Positions 27,829 through 39,389 of a stretch of 64,000 bases of DNA are shown here, one piece after another. Within the stretch, counting starts at the first letter, position 1. Each line of letters begins with the position of its first letter. A model generated the notes under the pieces. That model saw only the letters and a program-made list of their open reading frames with translations, was not told the origin of the DNA and searched no databases. The stretch is from Sarea resinae. Taxonomy: Eukaryota. The DNA lies in the NCBI GenBank assembly GCA_026026165.1, contig JAPEUD010000065.1, positions 62,001-126,000 on the forward strand, written 5' to 3'. The position numbers were made by a program, and so were the translations under genes.

Positions 27829-30802
27829 ATGGCGACGACATTGTCAACCAAGGCGCCGCAACCCCACCCAAAGATGAAGCGGCCTCCACCTTCTTCTGCG
27901 CAGACTTCCGTCAATGGCATCGGCGCGTCAAAAGGATCAGTGTCACCCTCCTTGAATTCAAAGAAGCCCCCATCCGCGGCGCAACATCTGGCCAATGCGG
28001 TCTCCACAGCAGGCGCCAATGGGGCCGGACAGCGGGTCAGCAACCGCCAACGGAGAGAGCCGCAGCGACCTGGAGATCCTCAGAGGCAGCTCAAGAATGG
28101 TGTGGGAACCGGTGCGGATGGATTGGATGGTGACCGCAGAGCTCTCAAGGAATTACCTCCTCGACCCTTCGGTATGTTTGCGCGCTTGCTTGACACTCCT
28201 ATATAGCCTACTAGGGCTCCCAAAGAATACAGATGCTAATGCTGCCATCGTAGTCAATACCTCAGGACATATCCTTCGGAAGTACAGGGGTAGTCCTCCA
28301 TCTCTAATTCTTCATCTCCATCCAACGCACTTCAGATTTGACCAGCAAGATGGAAGTTTCGGTTACAATTCGCCTATGAAAGTTATTCTAGAGCACATCC
28401 GTGCTCAGACAGTTCCTCATGATATGCTCGAGGAGCTCTTTGCTTCCAATGTTAGGTTTTACGACAGTGAGTAAAGCCATGCGGATAGCAATTGAATGCG
28501 ATATCCGCTTACCGTATTGCCAGACTGCCTCATTGTCCAGATTCATGATCACCGATCTGTCTCCACCCCCTCAAGCAATGCATCCTCAGGATCATCCTCA
28601 GATGATAAAAGCATCCCTTATTCAATACACAACTATAATGAACACTTGACGCCATCGCCATACGTGCCATTCCCCATTCCCGCCAAGTCAGATCCTGCAA
28701 AGGAGCAAAATGGACGGACCAAAGCAAGTACCCAAGAGGCCTCGCCTGAAATGAAACGTAAAACAACCATTCAAGGGAAAGACTCTATGCCAGCCCCAGC
28801 CCGACAAAAGGATGGCCAAGGCAAGTCTGCTCCCCTTGGACCGAGGGTCTTTACTACTGTCTTACATCCAACGGCTCTCTCTCTTCTGGCGGAGATGACT
28901 ATCTACGCTACCACACCGGATACCCGCGGTTCCAACAAACGACAATATTCAGCTTACGCAATGAATTCGTCGACTCCAGTTTCAGCTACAGGACCTCATC
29001 CACCGACTCCTCTGACTGCCGTTCCATCAACCCCTATCGGTGGCGGCTTTCCTCGACCTAAACGACAGAAGATGATGCTTGATGATCGATCCTTCCATGA
29101 TTTCGAAGCAAAGGTTCTTCTAGGAACGTCCGCCGGATTGTATCTCGATCCAGTGGACGGCCCGGCAGAAGCCCAATTACTCCTTAAGGCCTTGAAGGAT
29201 CCCTTACATGAAAGTAAACCTCCTCCGCCCAAGGCTCGAAAGCGTACCGTTGCCGAATTGGCTGCGGACGAAGCGCAAGCCGCGGAAGAGGAACGCTTTA
29301 TGCTTATTATGGACGAACGTCTTGCGCCTGCATCTGCCGGAGCAGCTGCGGGAGTAAAGTCTACGACAGATGGACAGAGTGGAGGCGCTTCATTCGAGCC
29401 CAGATTTGCACGATTCAAAACTCTGGAGAATATTAAGATACAGCATGAAGAGAGAGAGAAGCAGAGGAAAGAGAAAGAAGCGCAAGAAGCGGCAACAAAG
29501 AGGCAACAGCAGGAGCACATGGAAAGGGAGAGGAGGAGAGAATTCGAAGAGAAGCAGAGGAAAGAGCAGCAGATGAAGGAGATGCAGCAGCGCCAGCAGA
29601 CGCATGCGCAACTTGCTCAGCAAGCAAAGGCGCAACAGCAGGCGATCCATATGCAACAAAGCGGCATGATCCCGAACGTCCAGCAACAACACCTTCAGCA
29701 AGTCACGCAAGGCCAGCATTCTTCTCCTGTTGTCCGACAGCATACTCCGCTCAACTCATCTCCTCTTGTTGGAAACGTTATAGCAAGCCATCCTAGCGTG
29801 CCAATCAACGGTGGGACCCCGACCCAGGGAGCTGGAAGTCCTCGTCCACCCTCTGTAACCCAGCATGGACATCCTGCAATTTCGGCGGCAATGGCTCACC
29901 AAATGAGTCAGCAACAGAGCCAACAAGGACCAAGTCGACGTGGCACACCCCAAATGACCCAGGGTACTCCCAACATGCAACATGCAACACCTGTTATGCG
30001 CCATGTAACACCGACACCGCGAATGAGTCGAGCAAGTCCAGTAGCTGGTTCTGTAGCTCATACGCCCGTAATGAACCACAGCATGATGGCAGGCACTCCA
30101 CAAATGCACGCTGCCCAATTGACGCCGCAACAGCAACAAGCTTATATTCAGCGCCAACATGCACAGCAACAGTATTTGGCGCAGCAACAACAACAGTTGA
30201 GGGCCGCAGGAGGCCCGCAACTGACGCCTCAGCAGATCGCCCAGTTTCATGCCCAGCAGCAGCAACAGGCCCAACAAGCTATGCAGCAGCAGCAACAACA
30301 CCCAAATCAAACACAATACCAGCAACAGCTCGCCCGCCAGATGCAACAGCAGATGGCTGCCGCCGCCCGGCATGGTGTCCAAGCAGGTGCAGGAGGCGGA
30401 GGGCAAGCAGGAGCAGCAGCAGGAGGAGGCATGCAAATGGGCGCTATCAGGGCCAATAGTGTGAACACACCTAACGGTCGGCCCATACAGCAGAATCCGC
30501 AGAATCCGCAGGTCGTGCAAATGCAAATGGGGCAGCGCGCGTGGATGCAGCGGCAGATGGCGCAGCTACAAGCTCAATTCGGTAATAACATTCCCCCGCA
30601 ACATATGCAACGATTTACACAGCACGTGGCTATCATGCAACAACAGCAGCAGCAAATGATCAACGCAGCACAGATGGGGAGAGGAGCCAGACCTATGATG
30701 CAGCAGCAGCAGCAGGGACAGCAGGGACAGCAGGGACAGCCGCAGCAAGGCCTACAGGGGGTGCAGGGAATGCCTCAGGGGAGGGGTGCGGCGATGCAGT
30801 AG
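27829..30802 (+). CDS. SPT20: SAGA complex subunit Spt20
   Basis: HILRKYRGSPPSLILHLHPTHFRFDQQDGSF...TVPHDMLEEL...FYDNCLIVQIHDHR; Q-rich C-terminus. Introns 28172-28253 and 28467-28523. Confidence 0.93.
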
Positions 30803-33303
30803 AAAGTGTGCTTATGTTGGGCTGGGATGATGGTAAATGCTTTCCGTCTGTGTCTTGAAGGCGTACTCTGAATTTACACGGGCTGGGGATGTTTGATGAT
30901 TAGACGTCCGTCCATCGGGGTTACGCTTACGGTGTTTATTCATTTGGTCCGGTCCGGCCTGGTTTGGTTTGGTTTGGTTTGGCATATTATCTGTCCATTT
31001 GAGTCTGTTTCTCTTCCTTATTTGGTGCCTTGGGTTGTTTGGACTGCTTTGCCAGCTTGGGTGATTGGGAGAGAGGGGGGTTTGGGGGTGGTGCAATTTT
31101 TGGAACGTCGATGGTTGGTCCTTCATGCGACTCTTGCTACGACATGTATTATATGATTTTCTTGATTCTCGTCCTGAATACATACTCACTGGTAACCAGA
31201 GCTCGGCCAGACCACGATCAAGAGAAGTAGAGACTCTCTCAAGGTGTCAGATGATAGAACTCGAGATAATAGCCTCGATCGACTATCATTGCCTGACTCA
31301 CGTCTAACCACAGTCTGCAAATAGAGCGCGCAATCTCAAACCGCATCCGCATCTACCATCGACTAGGGGGCAAGGCGAGAACTTAGACTCCCAATTTTTC
31401 GTATTAGTCTATCAAAGCCTCGAGCTCCTGTGACCGGCGCCGCTGCAGCGGCGCCAGTGTCCGTACGAGAACATAGAGATCGATCCAAATGCCTACGGGG
31501 AGCAGAACTACTCACTGCTATGCGTACTCACACTACCTAGGTACAATTCCCAGCGTCCACAAAAAGGTGAACGCGTCATGCTTTCCTTTTTCCTTTCTTC
31601 TCTTCCTATCTAAATTTCCACCATTATTGTTGGGTGTTCCTGGAGACGAATCAAGGGGAGGCAGAGCGCGCCCTGCCCCGTGTGTCACTGTCAACGCCAA
31701 TGTCAATGCCGATGTCAACGTCACAATTCCCGCGTGTTTAGGGAAGGATGGTTGGGGCTTGTGGAATTGGGTTCAATTGAATTGAATGGATGTATGGATG
31801 GTGTCTAGAGATGAAGATGGGATTTCGGGACGACCACGCTCACGACGCGTAGATGGGCTCGAACTTAGATCTGCGCACCATGATACTAACCAAATACCTC
31901 ACGCTCTGGAAGTGAGTAGCTTAGTCCTGGCTTGATCAATGAATGCCATCTGGACGCCTCCCCTCTTTGAAAGTTGAGAGGAAGGAAGAAGGGAGGAGTT
32001 TCGCGTGGGGAGGGGGGGAGGGGAGGGAAGGGGCGGCGGGATCCGAGGTGGACCGTGGAAGAAAGACGAGCTAAGTAAGGCCTACCTACCTACCTCACCA
32101 TATGCCCCACTGGCCCCCCGGGCCCGAGGGGAACGGACGGCAAGCAAAGCAAGGACCACCGGGCCAAACTAGAAAGATGAAGATGAATTCCCGAAATCCC
32201 AGATCTGCTTATCAATTGCTTCGTATTATCTACGGAGGAGGGTGCAATCATCTGGATTACACAGCTGCTCATATCCTCCCGAGGAGTTAAAGAAATCTCT
32301 TTTTCTTTCACACGAAAAAGACGCGACGGCTGGACTGAGGATAGACTCTAGGAAAGATGAATTAGCTTCGGCAGATGGAAGTGAGGGTTGGGAATTGGAT
32401 GGTCTAGTCTACGAATTCGTCGTCGATCATTGAGGGTGTTAGACTTGAACTCGGCATCAAGGCGCTGATGGCGAGCCACTACACCAAGATCGCACGAAGC
32501 TTCTCAAACACCTGACTCTCTCTCCATCGGCCGGCGCGACCATTTCGAGACATGACAAAGACATGCGGAAAGCGGAGCGGGGGAAAGGCTTCAGCAGTCC
32601 AACGGATCTGGATTGAACTTAAAGCTACCTACATGGTATGCTATGTTTCATCTTGCATCGTGCTGGCTGATGGCCTGCCGCTGCGCCAACCTCGAGAGAT
32701 TCAGAGAATGAAAGCTCAGAGATATATTGATTCTTCACGATCAACGCTGGACGAAGGCAGTATGTGCCGAACGTAGCAGGCTCTCGGACTCCACAACTCC
32801 ACATCTCCACCTCTCCGCCTCTCCACACCTCTACATGTCCCACTTCGGCGTCATTATCCGCGCGTCTGATGGCGGGCCCCTGCTCCAGTGGTCTACTCTA
32901 GCAGCAAGCCACCATCAAGGAAGCCGGAAGCCAACATGAACGCCTCCGGAATAGCCCTAGTAGTAGACCTGGTACAGGTAGGCGGAATGGAGAGGAAAGA
33001 TGCGCAGGTGTCCCGATCGCCCATCTTACGAGGTATTGAAACCAGGGCACTGCGGTCGCATACCTGCATTGATGCCTGCATACCTGTACGGATGGCGACA
33101 GAATACTTGACCACGTTCGCAGCTCAATGCCTGTCGGCCTGCCTGCTAGTCGAGCACAGACTTCTTTGGTACTGATAATAAAATGGAGTCTCTGCTGTGG
33201 GAGATGTCGCCGTCGATGAGTCGCGTCCCCACGGACCCACAGTCTGCTCTGCCTCCCCCTGCCCTGGCCTGCACTGGCCGGCCCTGGCAGATCTCTGCCA
33301 GGG

Positions 33304-36300
33304 CATTCTTATTATGATTACCATGACGACGATCATGGAGGAGGACAAAAACGGTTATGACCTCCAAGGTACGAGGCTAGGATGGCAATCATTGGCCTGG
33401 TGGATTTAGGTTCAAGGCAGGGGAGTTGCTAGTCTACTCTGTATGCTCGTCGCCTGGTATGGCGTGCATGCGGTAGCTTGGGTGCTTGCAGATGCTCCCA
33501 GCTGCTTGCGATGGAGGTACGAAGTACTTGGGTGGTCGATGATCATGATCGACGGCCGATGATGATCTCGGTAAGAGAGAAATGAGAGGATGAGAGAGGA
33601 TGAGAGAGGACGAGAGAGTCTCTCCACGACTTACGTCACAGTGAGATCTCAGATCACCATCGCCCGCCAGCGATGAGATGACTACCTGAGGTGGGTTAGA
33701 ATCAACATGGATATCCGTGGATCGATGGATGCTGGCACCAGATGGGAAAGGAAAGTCCCTTCCAAGACAGCACGGGCTGGTGACGACGATGATCCTGATC
33801 ATGGTCGTCCGCTGATAGTCATGATGATAACAGCACTACGCGGGGCCATCTCCATTCATCGTCTGGATTCATGTTCGTGCATCTCCACTGTCTCGCCTTC
33901 TCGATTGGGCATGACGGGGGTGGAGGGACCGGTGGCAGCGCGATCGAATAGGCCCGACCGATATCGAGCTGGAGATCACTTGCTGCATACTTGGTACCTC
34001 TCACCAAATGAGAGACATCGAAGTGTGAAACCGAACCCTATCGAACGCTTCTTCTGGGAGCTTCAGCGTCCTGAGGGAGCCTTCCGAGTGCCCAACGGTC
34101 CTTGGCTGCCTCGATGCCGTGGTCACAAGCCGTGAATCTTGGGACCAGAGTGACTGACTACAGAGTGGAGAGGGTGAGAGGGCGAGAGGACGAGAGAGTG
34201 GTGATTGTCCATTTCCGGTCATTCTTTTGTGTGGTCAGGGGTCTGAGAGCAGCTGAGCCGAGATGTCGGGCCCGCTAAAGTTGCTGCACATCGTCGTCTG
34301 TCTCGATGAGCATGGACTATTAGGGGATCCACATTGACACCGGCAAAGACTGTGGTAGGTGAGGTGTCATATTTGTTTCCCCAAACCCCGCTTGGGCCAG
34401 ATCCTTTACCCTCTCGAAATGAAGAAATTGGCTTCGAATCATTTCATTCAGGCGCAACAGAGTCCCGCCCGCTCGCTCGAAATTGGGCAATTCGAGACGA
34501 ATCACGGGTGTTTCTACTGAGATTATGTCTACCGCCATCGAAAATCGAATTAGCATTACTAGCAATGGCGCAGAATCGCGGAAGCGCGTTCGCCAGTGCT
34601 CCTCGGAGCATTTTCTCCTTCAGCCTTTTGATTTTACGTTACTGGCGTTGTTGTCATGGACTTTCGTCAAGAACATTCTCGATTGTCGATGTTAAGATAT
34701 GCTGTTCAAGCTCGAGGTGATGGGACCTGGGCCCTCGCAGTAGTTCTCTGTGGCTATCCATTAGGGCCCGTTGTTATTCTCCGGTTGACGTTCCCGGGGG
34801 GGGGGGGCCCCAGTGCGAATCACTAAGGTGTCTTGTTTCAGAATTCCCTAGGGTGGCAGAGGGCGACAGTAGCTGAGAGGCTAAGCAGCAGAGAAGTGGG
34901 ACTTGCCCAAAGTGGCCATTCGCCTCAAGTGGCTCGCTCGAAGCTCGGATTCGGCAGCCGACAATGGATGATGCTATACATGCTACGTACGATCTGCAAC
35001 AAAGTGGCTGACGCATTGATCATCCACGGAACAGCTCAAGGGAAATGTCAACCGGCCACTGATTGGACTTCAGACTCCCTTCCAAACCAAACCAGGAACG
35101 GCTGCAGGCTGCAGGCTTTTAACCCACAGATGTGGCCAGGTCCTACGAGCCTTGATCTCATCATTCCCCAGCTCGAGCGAGGCCTGTGCCACATTCCTGA
35201 CACCTCATATCATTCCACACTTTCTGACTTTAGGTTTTTGGAGATGCACAACTCTGCATCTTGAGCAGAGAGATCTTTACCAAAGAGGATCCTTGTGAAT
35301 CCGTATCTGGGAACCCCAGGGGCCTAGTCAAATGCCGGGTATCTCCGCCCTATCCGCAGGATCGATTCTATCGTATTGGTCGAGCAGGTGATTCGCGTCT
35401 GCACGGACAAGATGCTAAGGTCAGAATATAGACGGATAGCTCTGCAACAGCTGCTGACTGAGGCGAACTAAAGCTTCCCGGCACAGCGGCCGCGCCTTGT
35501 CGAGAGCGTTGAAACTCTGTTAAATGCAATGCTGGTCATTGTTCGCATAACGCAGGTCCCAAATCCTGGACATGGCTGCACATTCCCACCCTGCCGTTTA
35601 CAAGTAGTAGAAAAAAAGTTCGTCAATCGACGGCAGATTTCGGCCGTGATGATATCAGTCCCGTGATAACAAAGTCTGCAGCACCGCAGGAGCCCCAGCC
35701 TTTGACTTGTTGCTTCTGCAACTTGCTGTCAAAGTTTGGGACCGAAGGCTTTCATACGATCTGTAGAGCATTCCCAGCGGAAGAGCATCCGAATCTTCGG
35801 AGGTCTGCGATCCTGGCCGAGACTGGCACACCATTACTGCGGAAGGCGCTTTTTGCAAAAGGCTGATGTTTCAATGGACAGACCACTACCCCAATCTTCC
35901 TTGAGAAAGCGACCAGACCCTATCATAAAGGGTCGTTTGTCGTTCCGTGACAGCAGCTTCCGGAAACCACTAAAGCGAGGGGATCGAAGATTCTGATTCT
36001 TAAAGAAGGTGCAGTGGCCCTTTCTGGATGAGCTCTGAGACCCCATCTGCAAGGCCTCACATAACGAAAGAACCGTCCGAACGTCTCTTCTTGTTACGTG
36101 GATAAGAACTGTGCAGCCTTCTCTTTGGCCACGTTCAAAGAATCTGTCGTTCCTGAGTTATCGACTAAGATAGGAAGGCCCCCTTACAGTTTATCGTCCG
36201 ATCACCCTCTTTCGCCTGGGAACCACCTTTCTCTTCTCAACCCGTACCCGCCTCGCCGTGGATTAGCAAGCTCTGGCACTCTATTGCTTCTCACTCCATC

Positions 36301-36630
36301 GGCTAAAGTTGGTTCGAGACTCTTCGCCTCTATCCGACTCTATCAGAAACCCGTCACTGATATTCGGCGGTTACCACACCTTCTAACCACCTCCCCGAGC
36401 ACATTCCAACGGCTTCGCCTTGCTTTGCACCGCGCGATCGCGAACGCGTCTTGAAGACACCCGTCCAGTCATAGTATGTTCCACAAGGGTAGGTTCGAAA
36501 GAGTTTGAAGTTTCCAACGGCTCCAAGGTCGATCAGTCAATTTCGTTATCGTTGCTGATGTTTTATTTCCACTCAAAAATCCTTTGTCCTCTTCTTCATC
36601 CTTTTTCCGATTTTCATTTTCTGTCATTCC
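33304..36630 (+). promoter_or_regulatory. Cluster of CATTCY (AbaA/TEA-type) motifs upstream of and within the intron of the C2H2 gene
   Basis: CATTCY at 33304, 34220, 34674, 35162, 35192, 35211, 35581, 35769, 36402, 36625. Function is inferred. Confidence 0.4.
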
Positions 36631-38079
36631 TTTTACATCTTTCGCCCATCTGTCGACGTCTCTCCTTCAAAAAGCATATCTAGCCAACACCTTTTTTCCT
36701 TCTACGGTCAGCATTGATTGTCTCTGCCGATATCGTATACTGACCCATCGACAGGTCCATCAATAGCTAGAAATCGGCTTGGAGAGGAATACTCGGCCGA
36801 GTGCATCGAAGCCATGAGTAGGATTCTGAGAAACACAACTCGGATCGACACGCAAGGACATTGCTCTTCTGCTAGTTCAAGCTTCTCCAGCGCCGATCCA
36901 TCAACACCATCGCCCTCATTTTTCTACCGACGTCCGTCCATCGCCTCTTCGTCGTCGTGGGAGCCCGGCCTCTCAGGCCGCTCATCGGTCATCTCACCCC
37001 AATCGCCAGGCCCATCCACTCCCAAACGGGAAGAAGAGCTCTCGCCCGTCGATCTGTTTGCTGCAGAACCTTATAGTAGCTATTCTGCTGCCATGATGCC
37101 CAACACCCTTTCGGAACGAGAACTGGGCGAGGTGCTGATGCCGTTCAGCCAGCCCTTCGAGGACGTGGCCACCTCGGGGATTGGGGCTGCCTCCAAGAGT
37201 TTCCTCGACTTCGACTACGGCGAATACCAGATGTCGTCGTTTGGCCAGATGCCCAACCCTTTTCTACAAGACAGTGCTCGTTTCGTCGCCGCGTCCTCGA
37301 CTCCGACCTACGATCCGGCGCTCTTCAGATTCGATCTCACACAAGCGTGCGACTTTTCGTCGCCGCTCGAAAGCGCCTTCACGACCCCAACCAGCGAGCG
37401 GCATCATCCATCGAGAACGGTGGTGCCATCGCAAACCTGCGCAGAGCCCATCGTCGGCACATCACAAACGCCCGGCGTTGTTTCTGCAGTGGCGACCTCA
37501 TCAGCACCAACAGCAACGACCTCGTCCTATCACTCCTTCTACGACCGTTCCAACACGCTCAACCCAGACTCGCCCTCTTCCTCAATGACAGGATACAGCC
37601 TCACGCCTTCCCCGACACGAACACCCTCTCGCCACCCCTCCACCCGCAGCACGCGGCCTCAGCACCACCAGCAACACCATCATCAACAACATCACCGCGC
37701 CTCCCTCTTCTCCAATCCGCCCTCCAGCACCTCCTCCACAACGCGGATAACTAAACTAAAAAAGCCGTCGCGCCGGGCAACACAAATGACGCGATATGGT
37801 GTGGAAGCGGAGATTGTGGGCACGAACAAAGTGCACAAGTGCAAATGGTTGAACCCGGAGGACGGAAGCGCGTGCGACAAGGCGTTTCAGCGCCAAGAGC
37901 ATCTCAAGCGCCATGAGAAGACGCATGATGGCAAGAAGCCGTTCAAGTGTCTTGTGCCTGGTTGCCCGAAGAGCTTTTCGCGATCCGATAACCTGAAGAG
38001 TCATAATAATACCCATGACCCTACCAAGCAGGGAGGACGCAACATGAAGGTCGAGAATCATCGGAGCTACCTGCAGTAG
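36476..38079 (+). CDS. BrlA-like C2H2 zinc-finger transcription factor
   Basis: Two C-terminal fingers [19 protein letters not shown] and [25 protein letters not shown]. Mini-exon ATGTTCCACAAGG (36476-36488), intron 36489-36754; second in-frame ATG at 36814. C2H2 is certain; brlA orthology is probable but unproven. Confidence 0.85.
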
Positions 38080-39389
38080 GGGTCATTATTATATTGTGTA
38101 CGGGAATGGATAGTTTCTATCACAAACACACATACACACACACACAAAGGCTTTCCACGGCTGCATATTATGAACGGCCTGCCTACCTGCCGGCCTAACC
38201 CACTCAAAACTTTCGGATTGCTTCTATCTCGCCCACATTCCCGATGCCGTTTTCATGCTTCGTCATGTCCATTCAACACGCACAATTATATCATTACGAT
38301 TACATGTTTCATGTCTTATTACGCCGCGTGGCCGCGTCGCCACATCGCCCGCGTCCCGGTTGATGTCGTTTTCCCTCTTCTTCTTTGCCATTGTACTTCA
38401 CCACCCATCTCTTTTTGTGGATTTCGACTGACGAAAAAAAAACCTTTTTAAACCGGGCGTCCGTCTATACTTTGATATTTTGTGGTTGGTTCTGCATTTC
38501 CGGATTTCTTTTTACTCTTTCGTTTTCTGGTCGTGAATTAAATTGGTTGTACGTTAAGGCGTGATGTGATGGGCGAGTGGATTTCGTCTGTCTTGTTCGA
38601 CTGGGAGGATGAATGGAGGGATGAATGGAGGGGGGGAAGGAAGGAGGAAAGGTCTATATGGTATGTATGTATGTAATTCCGTACTGTGCGTTTGTTAGAG
38701 GCAGGGTGGAGGGGAAAAGGGACTGGGGAGTTCCTTTCTATCTGTCAGGTCTATAACTCTGGGACTCCCGCCTATCCACTATTTTCCACCTAGGGGGTTA
38801 CCTGACAACAGGCTCTGGGGAATGGACACCTATTTTGTTTCTCGTTCTTGTCCTGTCTGACTCTGTTCTCTTTTTGTTTTCTTTTTGTTTTTTTCTTTCG
38901 AAAAGGTTTTCGAGGGGGAAAATGGGGTGGGGCGGGCTTGTTATGTTTTCAGAGAATTTACTGTTATAGTTATAAAGTATAGCTTCAACTTGATCCATGA
39001 AACGTCACTGTGACAGTCACTGTTGCAAGCTAGTGAGATTGAGGTTGAGGTCTGAGACTGAGGTTTGAGATTTGAAGTTGAGATTTGAGATTGACGGTTG
39101 AGATGGGCTTTTATCCGGTTGCAGATTCCGCTCTTTTTGTCTCTGTGCGTCTGTCTGTGCTGTGTGTCTGCGTGTCTGTGTGTGCTTTCTCTGTACCATA
39201 GTAATGCCGTGCCGTGTTCCGTTATCTTATGTTGCGCTATATCTTGTTCTCATACAACTATTTCTTTCACCCAACCAACCGTCCATCCCATCCGTTTACG
39301 GACGGAAATCTCAACAGTACTGAACGCGAACATCTGCGCCCCCCCCCCCACCTTTCTCTCCCTGGCATCCCCACTAGACAAGGAAATGC

